64,000 nt of DNA from assembly GCA_951406725.2 (NCBI GenBank), contig OX597822.1:87606001-87670000 (forward strand), written 5' to 3'. The position numbers and the translations under genes are program-made. The notes below the pieces were generated by a model. The model was not told where the DNA came from and searched no databases. It saw only the letters and a program-made list of their open reading frames with translations. Each line of letters opens with the position of its first letter. The first letter of the stretch is position 1. This stretch comes from Octopus vulgaris (lineage: Eukaryota). This document shows positions 51,517 to 64,000 of this stretch, piece by piece.

Positions 51517-51633
51517 CACAAATTCTACAATTTCTTGAATTTGAAATCTAAGGATGATTGTCCAAATAAGTCCAAGAATAAGCCGATGATTGCCATCAAC
51601 AATATCTTCAGCACCAATGTTTTCAAAGTGAAT
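51517..51633 (-). CDS. SPTBN5: beta-H spectrin exon, CH1 C-terminal half
   Basis: [39 protein letters not shown]; cag acceptor, gtatgt donor; 117 nt. Confidence 0.95.
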
Positions 51634-53079
51634 CTGAAAAATATAAAATAACCAGTCAGAAAAGCTTAGCTAAAGTGAAATAAGAAAGCATACAGAATGG
51701 TTTAAGGTCAAGGATTTGAAGCTTGTTGCTATTGTTATATTGTGTCCCTAAATCTGGGATCTAGTACATCTTAAAGATACAACTGTCTATGCAATACAAT
51801 AATTACCAACCTTTTCACAACCAAGGACCCTTTACATTTAAATGAATTTACCCATGGTTTTTGCGGGGTCTGTTTACTCAAGAAATTTTTAGCTCTGCTC
51901 ATGGACCTAGGGGGTCCATAAGAACTGATGGGAACTGTTGTGAAGAGAGTATTTAAGCTAATTGTGTTTAGTCCATTTCTTCAAGGTACAATAAAGGAGT
52001 TGAACTCCCTACAGAGAACTAACAAAACACAATTTTACAGTGCTATTACTGCTTGTTCCAACCCTATTATACCTATTCATAGTTAGGTGAATAGGGTCAT
52101 TTGAGAGATGTCTTAGTGATGGAAAACATACACAACACCAGCTTCTAAGCTCATTGTTATCCCATTAGATTAGTCTTTTGTGGTTTTAAATGCAAATATT
52201 TCACCATTTTATAACTTAGAGAAGGTAGGCTCATTGTTAAGACTTGATGAGGAAAAAAGAGGAAGAAACTATGACACAAACTGCTACAGTATGAGGAAAG
52301 CCATCAAAATACTGAGCTATCATCAGACAGACTAAATGCTAGAAACACAGTAGGCTCTGCTAAAGCACTCAATGATCCAAGTCATTGTGACAAACTAGCA
52401 CACAGTTTTTGTCCATCCAATTTTTCACAGAAGGATTATATTAGTCAGAAGTTATAGAAAAAGACACGTGACCAAAGTGGGATTGAACTGTAAATCATAA
52501 TTCCAAAATGAACTTCAGTATAAAGATATCTGTACAAATGTAAATGCTGGTCCTCACAAGCTCTGATAAGCACTCATGCAGTATCAGCTACATAATGTTT
52601 ATACAACCACATCCCCAAGATTAAGATTCTATTATAGAGTCAGAAAATACTTCAGCCTGATAAGTTGGTGACTGCTGGGCAAACACAAATATCTTGGATT
52701 ACACGTAAAAAAAAGAAAAAAAAAGAAGCCAAATAACTGGTTAACAATGATTTACAAACACACATACCAAGAAATTAGATACTACAAAACTATTTCTAAA
52801 ATCTTTCATGTAAACTGTAGTCAAACTGACATTTAAATTACTGATTCATCAGCACACTTATGTAAATTATGATGATGAAGACACTTACATACGATACAAA
52901 CAAAACATTTCTGTAAATTAAAATCAACAAAACACTTATATATATATAAAATAAAACACTTATATATCCTGACAACACATGTAAATTTCAGTCATCAGAA
53001 CATCATCATTTAACGTCCATTGTCCACGCTGGCATTGGTTATACGTATGTAAATTATGACCATGAGAACACTAATCCTC

Positions 53080-53465
53080 ATCTGGTCATACTGCTAGCAT
53101 AGATTCCCATGAGGCTGTCACCACCTAATTCTATTGTTCAGGATATTCAGCAGGTCTGAGGGATTGCAGCTTATGCCATCACAAATCTGCATAATATAGG
53201 TCTTGGCTTGTCGTCCCCTACTAGCTTTTCCTTGTGTAGGATCTCACAAAAGAACTTCAATCAATTTCATCTTAAGCTCTCCAGTAATGTCCTGCAAATC
53301 TGATGTTCTTTGATGATGTCCGATACTGGACAAAGATTCTTATACAGTCATTCAGTGGTCAGACAACCTCCCCAGATGACATTCAAAGCTATTCTTAGTA
53401 TGTGAGTGTAGGCTCCATCCAATCTTCTTTCTGATTTTGAGGTAAGGGTCAATGCTGTGCAGGCA
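53080..53465 (-). mobile_element. Second non-LTR family (RTE/RTEX-like) C-terminal remnant
   Basis: Minus translation TLTSKSERRLDGAYTHILRIALNVIW...FAGHYWR...GKASRGRQAKTY. Confidence 0.65.
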
Positions 53466-53788
53466 TTCTGCATATTAAATACACACATATGACATTAACA
53501 ATTTAGTGACTTTAAAATTTCAATCAACTGAATCAATTAACTTTAAAAGATAAGATCCACTCCTGTCTGCATTATCACTATTTTCAAAATATCTTAATTA
53601 GCTACTGTTATTGAGTCATTTCTCTTGCTGTTTTTAGATTGTAACCACTCTTAGAGGGATCTACTAAGTACTAATTGCATGAATTGTTTCAGTTCTTCAA
53701 CTCATTATATTACATATGTGAGAAAATATTTGCTTGCAAATCTCCCCAAGAAAAGATTTATTACTTTTTTTTTTTTGCCTTGTCTATA

Positions 53789-54180
53789 TCATCATCATCA
53801 TTGCCGTTTAATGTCCACTTTCCATTCTGGCATGGGTTGGATGGTTTGACCGAGAACTGGCAAGCTGGGAGGCTGCACCAGGCTCCAATCTGATCTGGCA
53901 GAGTTTCTACAGCTGGACATCCTTTCTAATGCCAACCGCTCTGACAGTGTAGTGGGTGCTTTTACGTGCCACTAACACGGGAGCCAGTCAGAGGGGGCAC
54001 TAGCATTAACACCACATTTGAATGGTGCTTTTTACATGCCAGTCAGGTGGCACTGGCATTGGTCACACTTGAATTAGTGTTTTGTACATGACACCGGCAT
54101 GGGTACCAGTCAGGCGGCACTGGCATTGATTACGCTCAAATAGTGCTTTTTATGTGCCAGTCAGGCAGCCCTGGCTTCAG
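53789..54180 (-). mobile_element. RTE 3' module with tandem internal repeats
   Basis: Terminal module plus repeated gccagtcaggcggcactggcatt...tggtgctttttac. Confidence 0.8.
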
Positions 54181-55634
54181 GGCATTTAAGTGGCGCAACA
54201 TTAAAACATACTCTGCAGATTTAGTTAAGATAATGAATAATGTATCCCCTTGCATAAACCCTGTTAAGTAAAGAAATATGCACAGGGATTTATGGACTGC
54301 CTACCATTCTCAGGCTACAACCAGAGAGACAGGATCAAGGTATACAAGAAGGTAAAGAAATGTTAGATGATATAAGGACACTAATGCGACTTGTCCTAAA
54401 TATAGTAATAAACAATGGAACAGGGTATAAAGAATTTGTAAGAAGAAACATAAGCACATAGTAAAACACAGACAAGTTTCAAGGAAGATAATGCTTGTAG
54501 AAGCTACACTAAATGGAGAATTAGCCTGTAGATTTAGGAATGGACTTAATGATGCTAAAAATTAAAATTGAAGTTGTAGAGAAACCAAAGAAATTCATTA
54601 GGTCACAAATATGCAAAACGTACTTCCTTCATGTGCTTTGCTTATCTGTTCTATCTTTGATAGAACCATATATACAGATAAGGATTGTGTTGTGTGTATA
54701 TTTAACCCTAGGATTAACTGTAAAAGCAGAAATGTAGTCAACCATTAAAAATGTATGGAGGGTGAATTTATGAACTTAACCACAGTATAAATTGGTGAGG
54801 CTTCTAGAAGTTTAGCAGAAAAAAATGGTTAAGTATTGGCATGAGTACAATGAAAAGAAACTGACATCAATACTCAATCAGCATGCTGAATAGAATAAAT
54901 CTATATGATGCATCATTACAACAAATATTCAAATTTACTCTCAAACACTGGACACTGTCACTAAATAAGAAATATATGGTTAAAATGTAGAGACTACATC
55001 ACTACTGCTACTGCACTATTAAGCACATAATTAGGATGCATGTGTGAGGCAATCTGTGACTGGACTGTAATTCAATCCATGCTATCCAATAAACAAGTGA
55101 CACAACAGGACATATGATACACATGCACAAACATCAACACACCATCCAGTCATAAAGACAAAAGCAATAAAGATATAAAGAAATAGATTGTTTACTGTCC
55201 AACATCTACTTCTCTCTTCTTCCCCTCTCACATATATTCCCATTCACATCCATACAACTTACATAAATGTTAAGTCTAAAACTAAAAGATAAACTGGAAG
55301 CTGACTTGGAGTGAAGAGAGCATGTCATTGAAGAGGTCATGGAGTTATTTAGTCTAAGTAACTTCTCCCCACAATTTTTTTTTTTTTGCCTTGAGGATTT
55401 GGGAATTTGTTGGTAATTTACTGACCAATTTTACTTGTGGTAATTATTTAGACATGTGCAAGAGCTCTCTGCTTTTTAGCAAATATCTGCATAAATCTTC
55501 ATTTTAGATACTATAAACACACTTTTCCCAACCAGTCCTCTACCTTAGAACAATCACACTTAAAGAAGGCACAATGAAAATAAGTTGAGTGAAATTGTTG
55601 AAATGCTAGAACAGTGGTGGTGAAAGCCAATCAA

Positions 55635-57490
55635 GTCATGTACAGTGATGCTAACCCTGCTTGATAGGTAGAAAAGTTATAGGTAGGATTACCATACAAT
55701 GTGCCCAGTGTAAAGTGTTGACATATAAGAGATGTATTAGAATCACAAGAAGGTTAACAGTGAAAGTAAACTTTGTAAGTGGAAGATGCACAGGAATAAT
55801 AAATACTAAGAAATTCTAGATAGATTCTCTTGAATGATGAGGAGGATCCTTAGAGGTAGTAGACAGTTTCAGTTACCTGAGAGGCTTGAATAGTAGTGAA
55901 GGTGGCTTTGAAACTATAGTTGCAAGAATAGGAACTGGGTGAAGAAAGCTCAGGGAACTATTAGCCTTGTTGAATGCAAATGAACTCTCTCTCTCTCTCT
56001 CTCCCTCAAAGTGAAATGCAAATTTATGATGCTTGTGTATAAACAGCAATGCCACATAGTAGTGAGATGCAGGCCCTGAATGCAGAGAACATGTGAAGAT
56101 TGGAAAGAAATGAAGTTAACATGCTCTGCTAGATGTGCAAGGCCAGTGTGCATATACAACAAAGTGAAAATGTGTCAAGAGAAAAATTTGGCTGAATAGG
56201 CATCAAATGTAGTATACAAGAGAGAATACTGTGTTGGTATGGCCATGTGATAGACATGGATAAAGCCAGCAGCATAAAGAAGTGCTGATCACTAAATGTA
56301 GATGAAATCTGTGGAAGAAGACTCAGAATGATGTGGGACGATATATTGATGAATGACTATCAGATGTTTAAGCCTCACAGAGTAGCTAACAAAGGACCAA
56401 GATGATTGGTGATTTGCTCACTTAAAAAAGACCCATATGTCTCTTTGAAGCAAGCAAATCACCAGTCATCTTGGTCCTTTGTTAGCTACTCTGTGGGGCT
56501 TAAACATCTGATAGTCATTCATCAATGTAAGCGAATGCTTTTAAAGCCTCATTTTTACTATGCCCCTGTACTTATTCAGTCCCTGACAAACCCCGCTCTC
56601 ACAACCCATCTTCTTAATGCCCTACCCCCTCATTCTTCTGACTATGGCACAACTCATTCAGCTGCTTCCTCCCTATAACCACTTCCTTTCTCTTAAACAT
56701 TCTCAGTACCATCTCTTACCATCACCTTATATACCACTGAATGCATCTTTCACCTTCCTTTATCTCCTTCTTATTTTATGGCACAGCCCACTCCATTCCA
56801 AAACTGTCTTCCACTATTTCCAACCTCATTTACCTCTGACTTTGTGCCCGGCACTGTGCATCTTTCATGCATGTCACACACTCCACATCAGCTATGCTGC
56901 TACCTATTACCTCTCTAACCTACCCCCATATTTCCTCCACCTTCCTCACTAACTGACATTCATGATTGACCACCCACCCACCCATGTTCACCACTCACTA
57001 CATTCCCCTCTATTCCATCTGCCATTTTATTTCCACACTCTTGTAAAACTACTTAATGGCTCATACATATCACATGACCTTTCTGTAACTTGAGGGTATG
57101 CCCTGACACAGCTTCACCACCTTCTCCTTTTCTCCCTTTGGTTAATCATGGATCTCCACTACTGCAAGACACCTGTTCCTGTCCAATTCATACTCTAACC
57201 TCTCATCACATGACACAAAGCTACCTCCCTCAATATTACTCCTTTTAATTGAGGGGGTTTTGTCTTGCAAGACACTTGGTGACCTTGCTGGTGTCAATAC
57301 CATGTAGAAAGCATCAAGTACTCTCTGTAAAGTGGTTGGAATTAGCAGTGCACCCAGCCACAGAAACCATTCCAAAGCAAACATTGGAGTTTGCAACAGT
57401 CTTCCAGTTCACCAGATCCTATCAAACTGACCAACTCTTATCAGTATGAAAAACGGAAGTTAAATAGTCGTGGTGGTGGTGATGATGATG
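55635..57490 (+). mobile_element. Old degraded RTE LINE
   Basis: LEVVDSFSYL, ARIGTG, WYGHV motifs; pyrimidine-rich UTR; terminal module. Confidence 0.8.
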
Positions 57491-57629
57491 GCAACTTAAT
57501 ATGTAATAAAGAAGAAAAAAATACCTAAATTTTTACTATATTTCTGACAAAATCAAATCCTATGAACTAGAGAACTGTTTCAGATAAGCTTTACACCTCT
57601 ACCAGTGGGGAGACAGTATTGGGTTAGAA

Positions 57630-60234
57630 CAGTGGTTTCCAAACTATGCGCTGCAAGATGTAATTAGGTGCACCTTGAAAAAGTAAGATTATATTTCAAA
57701 ATATGAAAAATACAAACCAAGATTCACTAGAAAGTTCATATATAAATGTCAAAATGGCAAAAAAAAACTAAATACTAAGTTTTAAACTAAGAATGAGAGG
57801 TGGTTGTGTCATTCAGTTCATTTAGGCTAATTACGGTATGACAACGTTATTCAATTTTGAATCTGAAATTTCATAAGGGTAAGAACTAAATTAGCATCAA
57901 TCTATCCTTGAAATAATATGTTTCAGTTTATTTCGGTTGTAGCCTCAGCAGTTTTCATTTCAACAATAAATGTGAAAAATTAACTATTAACTAAAATATA
58001 CGATATTAAACCAAATCTTTTAATGCGTCCTCATGTATTGTGGCTGTATTTCAATTTTTTTCATTCATACAGTGGCAAGAATTTTCATCTTTTCAATTAA
58101 TTTTGAAAGACTTCTCAAAAGAGTCCAATATGTGACACGCTGCCACTTTTCACAGCTCACAGGTCACTTGTCTCAGTCTCAGTTTGACTGTTAGTAATCT
58201 GTGCGCTTTGTGCAAGACAATTCATATTAACAGACTAAATTACCCATAAAATGGAAAAGTTTATTAGGAGGAATCATAACCGTGACGATTATGAATCTGA
58301 AAGTGAACATTTGTCAAAAGCAATTAAGCGTAGTGATAATAATGCGAAAGCTCGATCCAATCGAAAATATTGCAATAGCTATTTAAAGTTTGGGTTTCAT
58401 TGGACTGGTAATGAGGATCAACCTCTTCCGCTGTGTGTTGTTTGTGATGAAAAGATGTCTAACAAAGGCATGTTGCCCAACAAGTTGAAAAGACATTTTA
58501 CAACCAAACACTCACATTTTCAATGTAAAGATCTGAATCATTTCCAAAGACTGCTAGAACAGCAATCTAGTCAAAGAAACTATTTTCAAAGAAGGAGGAA
58601 TGCTTCAGAAAAGGCTCAAGTCGCATCTATTGAGATAGCTGAAATGATTCCACTACAAATGAAATCGCATACTTTAGCCAAGTCGATTATCTTACCCGCT
58701 TGTAGAAAGATGGTTAAAACCATGCTAGGTGATGAAGCTAAGCAAGAAATAAGCAAGATTCCAATCTCAAATAATACAATACATAAGAGAATTATGGATT
58801 TATCTGCTGATATAGAGGAGAATGTACAGAACAAACTTTAGAACTCAGAATTTGCTCTACAAGTTGACGAATCAACTAACAGCAACAAAACAATTACATT
58901 TATTCGCTTTATTGATGGTAACCAAATCATAAATCAGTTCTTTTGTTGTGAAGAAATACCATTCACTACAAGAGGTCAAGATATTTTTGACATTTTATCT
59001 GCCTACCTTGAAAAATAGAATTTATCCCGGAATCCATGTGTTGGAATATGTGCCGATGGGGTACCATCTATGATGGGCTCTATTAAACGTTTTGTATCAT
59101 TCATACAACAGTAAAATCCTAATGATGTATCTCCCTATGTAGGAAGCAATGAGTAAGTATTAGTTTCAAAAACTAATACCAGTTGAGTTAAAGCAAGTAT
59201 TAAACCAAGTTGTTGAAAAGGTTAATTATATTAAAAGTCGGGTGTTGCTTATTTGAACAAATTTGTATTGATATGGATTTCCAGCACAAAGCCAGATTGC
59301 TCTCAGAAGGTAAGGTGCTATGTCGCATACATGAACTCCAGAAGGAATTGCATGCATTTTTTTTAAGAAGTAAAACATGAACGCTTCTTGGAATATCTAC
59401 AACGTGAATTCTAAGTTTCCAAGCTGGAATATTTAACAGATATTTGCAAAAATTAATAACGTCAAACACAATTATGCAAGGTAGAGATGAAAACATCTCA
59501 CTTCAACAGATAAGCTGATTTCATTTAAAAAGAAAGTTGTAATTTGAAAAAATAGAGCTCAAGGTGGTAACTTTGAAATGTTTCCCTTAATATGTAAAAG
59601 CTGAATAAAAGAAATGACTCGTATTTGAACATTCAACATATTTGGAAGAAAACAAACTTTTACTTTCCATCATTGAACAACACACAAGAGTATGATTGGG
59701 TTTGAAATCCCTTCATAAAATTCCATCTAATATTGGTCTGAAAATAAGTGAAGAAGAGGAATTGACATCCACATCCAGTGATCACAGACTTAAAATAAAG
59801 TATGCTGAGTTAACTACTGATATATATTGGAGAATACCCCTCAGTAGCAAAAAAGGTTTATTTCATTTTAATGTAATTTTCCACATCGTATTTATGTGAG
59901 TTGGGATTTTCAACTCTCAATAACATCAAATCTAAAAAAAGAGAAGCTCTGTTGCATCAAAGAACTGAGGATTTGTCCCAATATCGAAAACCTTTCCCCA
60001 AAATATCAAGTGCATGTTTCTCATTGATGACATTGCTTCAAATATTGAATAAAAAGTAAGTACATGCACTTTTTCTGCCTTTTTAATTATCTATCTATTA
60101 CTTTATAGTTTATGCTATGCTAATATGTATAAAACCCCTTTTGAATAAATTTTAAAATTTATGTAGAAAGTGTTCCAAAATATTTTGACTACTTGTAAGG
60201 TGCATTGTGAGAAAAAAGAGTTTGGGAACCACTG
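57630..60234 (+). mobile_element. Full-length, inactive Buster-clade hAT DNA transposon (2605 bp)
   Basis: TIRs cagtggtttccaaact / agtttgggaaccactg; 8-bp TSD ggttagaa / ggctagag with central TA. Confidence 0.92.
58251..60027 (+). pseudogene. hAT (Buster/Charlie-like) transposase pseudogene
   Basis: BED finger CVVCDEKMSN...KLKRHFTTKH, LQVDEST, CADGVPSMMG, FSTSYLCELGFS; first stop at 58839-58841, many later stops and frameshifts. Confidence 0.9.
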
Positions 60235-60508
60235 GGCTAGAGCATGATTTTCTTCAGGCAGGAGTGTGAGTAACTAGGGAATACAGGTGGCAGTAAAGTT
60301 TTAATTAAAACTTTTTAGGAAGATTATATAGAGATAGATATATATAATATCCAAGGATCAATGTGTAGGAAGAAAATGACCTTCAAGCAAATAAAAAAAT
60401 ACAACATTCAGGAACAATAGTGGTTTATTGGGGTGGAAAGTTGTGAATTTTTCCTGTATTGAAGTACGAGGAACTGAAAAAAATTATTTTGTATTTCACA
60501 ATTGGCAG

Positions 60509-60850
60509 CCAAGAGTTAAGGAATGGTGCAGATAAAATCCGGGCTACATGTTTCATAGTGAGCAGAACCTCGGAAGCGGTAAATATCCAAGCGAGGCGTA
60601 TATCACAGGCTACTCTTCAGGCCAAGAGCATCTTGATTGAATGAAGTATACTTTGTTGTTAGGAGGCCCATGTTAACACATGGAAGATTCATAGGCCTCC
60701 TAACAACAAAGTAAACCTCATTCAATCAAGATACTCTTGGCCTGAAGTGTAGCCTGTGATATACACCTCACTTGGATATTTACCACTTCTGAGGTTCCAC
60801 TTGCTATAAAACATATGTAGCCCAGATTTTATCCATTCCTTAAATCTTGG
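60509..60850. repeat. Long imperfect inverted repeat (arms ~60509-60672 and 60690-60850), probably inverted Penelope-like terminal repeats
   Basis: Arms are complementary along their length; many mismatches are CpG-decay transitions. Confidence 0.9.
60542..60623 (-). ncRNA. Putative minimal type I hammerhead ribozyme
   Basis: Minus strand: ggc-CTGAAGA-gtag...ctat-GAAA-catg-TA-gcc; stem I ggc/gcc, stem II gtag/ctat, palindromic stem III ACATGT. Confidence 0.65.
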
Positions 60851-63800
60851 ACGGATGGATACATACATATGCACACACACAGTTGGATTAGGGCATGGGG
60901 CATAAAAAGTTGAAAAACACTGAATTAAGTTAAAAATCAGGTATCCAAATCTAGTGAAATTTAAAACAACATTCAATTGTAATATAATCAAGCAAATACA
61001 CAGCACATTTTCTCAGACTAGAAAGATCTACAATATTCTTAAATACCTTAGTATCATTGACAACTAGTTCAAAAATGGAACAGTTCAGGTTTCAGAGGTT
61101 GGGTTCATTTTTGTTTAAAATTTACATAAAACCAAACTGTAGAAATTATAACAGACACTAATTGTTAGGCATAAAATTCAAGCAGCCAACAATTTATCCC
61201 AGCACAACTACCACTAAAAACTACTCTACCAAAATCAGTGAAAAAGAAATTGCAAAAGAAAATGTGCGGATTTCACTGCAGCTAATTTCCCAAAAAGGAA
61301 AATATGGATCAAAAATAAATTCCATCTAAGTAGATAAAAACTACCACATTTCAATCATATCAAATTTTGAATTGCTGCAGCTATCATCATCACACATTTG
61401 GCTATTATTAACTACAGGTGTACACAGCTATACGGACAACATCTAATGCAATGTACTTTGTTAGTTTTGCATGACAGAAAGAACATGCTACATTTGAGAT
61501 CTGCCTTGATAAACTAATAAGTAATAATAGTATGTGCAAGTTCACTGGTGCAAAAGGGTTTTCCCTTCCATGTGACACCAGCAAATATAGGTGTCAAACA
61601 AGCTGATTTTGCAGTATATGATCAATGTGTTCAAGTCACACAGAAAAATACTCAAAAAGACAAGTTACAAAAAAGGAATGATGTGGAGGAAATAAGTATT
61701 TCACTTTTTTTTTTACTGTCATTTTGAAGAGGAGATAAATAGTTCCAGGTCACAAAAGCTCAAGAAAAAAAAAATTAATTCAAGGCATCTGAGATATATC
61801 TATATTTAAAGTATAGATAAGTTTGATATTATGAAAAATGAAACAACTTAAAATAGTAGTATATTGTACTAGCAAACGCATCTGTCCTTTGGACGGTTTA
61901 AGTTTCACTGATGGTATTTTTTCACTTTGTTCCAAGTGCCACCTGAACTCAGTGAGTCATTTGCTTAGTGGTATCTCGCATGAAGTAAATTTGAAGGAAT
62001 TGGTGTTCAGTGTTGTTGACATGAAGAATAGAGCCTATCCAATGATAGGTTTGGCTCTGAATTTTGAACGTTGGCATATAGGAGTCTTCATGAATGGGTT
62101 TGTGACCGAAACTTGTCATCTGGAAGGCAGAGTTATAAGCACGAATTTTCTATATAAATTGCAGCAAATCTGGGTGTTGACCAAGGAGTAAAGAGAGGAA
62201 AAGCTGAGGAGTGTTTTGCAGGTCAGGCAAGTGAACCTTTCCATTTGAGGGCCTTGCAAAATGGACATATTACAGATATATCTCCAGTAACAGTCTCTTG
62301 TTGAGTGCCTTTGATGCCCATCGACTACTCGATGGCTTCCAATAGTCATAGGCAAGAGCCTTCCAATGAGACTGAAGTCTCATCAACCGATGGTTATTGT
62401 CATCTGCCAACCTCACAGCAGAAGTGGATGCAGCGTTGCATGCCCAATGGATAGCACTCTTTTGTGGGGTTTCAGCAGCCCTTGTGTCAGCAGCACACAC
62501 TTGATAGGTCACATGCTGCTCAGGAGTAGTTGCAGCTCAGGCAGTGGCAGCTTTTTTCAACAGTCTACAGGACTCCTGGTACCCAATTTCCTTAGCCTAC
62601 CAATGTAGCTGCCTTGTTGCTACAGAAGACTTTCTGCCAATGCATGCTCTCTTTTTAGGTGGCATGCTTGTATTATCAGGAAAAGGAAAATAGGTTTTAG
62701 CGTACCAAGTGATTATCGATTCTGTTATAAGCTAACGAAAACCCCTTTATTCTGTTTCCCCACACAGCCTGCGCATAAAGTAACAGTGAATGTTGCATAA
62801 AGTGAAATTGGTATGGAGCTTTCTGAAAGATGCATAAAGCTTTCCCTGGTGGTAGCAAAACTCTTATTTAAAGGTTGATTCTTTGAGACAAATCATATGT
62901 GATTGTTTAAAAAAGGCCAGAACCTCAATGCTAAAATGTATTTGTAACAATGGAGAGCAGTCGAAATATAACAGATGGGTAAATAAGCATCCTTAAAGTG
63001 AAACAACACATTGGTAGGTAAACAAAGGTATTAACAAATAGAACAGAGGGAAGGGAACATCACCTTTCAAGTAAATCAGAATAGGTAAAGGTAAGCTTGT
63101 CAAAGTTTAATGCAGCTTAAATATGGAGATTAAGATTGTTTGGTCTTGGATATTCATCACGTACAGTGTTCCTAGTGAATTTAATCATAGTCTAATGCCA
63201 ATATACGACAATACAGATTAAAAAAGTATGGAAGACCCTGCATACAAAAAAACTGTACATACAACAAATTTGGAAATTTTTTTAAAATTAAACATTTATT
63301 TACATGAAAGGAAATTACCTGAGACATAACACATGCTATGCTAAAAATAATAGCTAAATAAGATTTCTTAGATAATCTTTTGAATTAACATAAACATTTA
63401 TTTACATGAAAATAAAATGACAGCTTCCAAATCCTGTTTCCCAACTGGGTCACTGCACAGGTGGACAGTTGAAGTAAACAAATAGACAAAATTCTTTCAC
63501 TTTTATAAAAAAAAAATTTAAAAAATAAGGGAAGATCCTACATACAAGAAACTATGTCCATTTATGTCCATTTACTTGGGAGTTCTGGGCAAAATATTAT
63601 AGTGCATGACCATCCTTGGGACATAACTAACATTTGTGTAAAGTTCAGAATTGGGGAAACGTATGCATTAGTCATTAAACACACACATACTGTGATTTAT
63701 ATATACTAGATCAGGAATAAAAGAGAAGAGAAAGGGATACATAACCAATAATTGACACATTTTAACATTAGTCTAACCCCTTGTAGCTATCATTTTACCA

Positions 63801-64000
63801 ATATATGAAGAAGAAATTCTTATGAATCAGAAATTTGACAATTTGTGAAATTGTTACATGTCTTATTTTCTACAATAAACAAATATCTATAAAGTAATTT
63901 TATTTATAAGTTCTTTCTTTTTTTGTTTTTTTTGTTATAAATGGCAACATTTTATGACTTTTGATATCAAGGAAAAGAAGAAAAAGGACAACATACTTTG

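Larger units (their letters stand above)
961..51633 (-). other. SPTBN5: Beta-heavy spectrin gene (karst/sma-1/SPTBN5 type), partial; 27 coding exons in window, continues beyond both ends
   Basis: Manually spliced exons give an uninterrupted 1085-aa frame: CH1 C-terminal half ([29 protein letters not shown]), CH2 (SAKDALLLWCQRKT...[20 protein letters not shown]...PDEKVIMTYVSAYYHYF), spectrin repeats and an inserted SH3. A beta-type actin-binding domain plus SH3 is characteristic of invertebrate beta-H spectrin. Confidence 0.93.

Noticed and set aside
961-51633. Alpha-spectrin, conventional beta-spectrin, alpha-actinin or spectraplakin
   Set aside because: Alpha-spectrin lacks CH domains; conventional beta-spectrin lacks SH3; alpha-actinin has only four repeats; the CH2 and first-repeat motifs (YRTVEKPPK, PPEGKLVHDI) are beta-spectrin type.
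61838-62650. Cluster of short ORFs in a more GC-balanced stretch; possible exon or non-LTR (CRE-like) remnant
   Set aside because: No spectrin similarity or convincing splice sites; the resemblance to a retroelement is too weak to call without a search.

Overview
Eukaryotic, AT-rich, repeat-dense genomic DNA. The SINE/RTE repertoire and microsatellites look like a coleoid cephalopod (probably Octopus; inferred, not proven). The window lies inside one large minus-strand gene, a beta-heavy spectrin (karst/sma-1/SPTBN5 type). I traced 27 coding exons by hand from 51633 down to 961, all with GT-AG junctions and continuous frame (3255 nt, 1085 aa). They encode the C-terminal half of CH1, CH2, spectrin repeats, an inserted SH3 domain and further repeats; the gene runs off both ends of the window. 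Introns hold decayed RTE LINEs and their 3' ends, tRNA-derived SINEs, a full-length but dead Buster-type hAT, Tc1/mariner remnants, several MITEs and Penelope-like remnants. Most notable: minimal type I hammerhead-ribozyme motifs (CTGANGA...GAAA, palindromic stem III), two of them with intact cores on the sense strand of the spectrin pre-mRNA, one within a ~340 bp inverted repeat. Also notable are a perfect 96-bp fold-back palindrome, an ~84-bp locally copied segment at a TE junction, and a MITE carrying telomere-like repeats. Most supplied short ORFs are not real genes.
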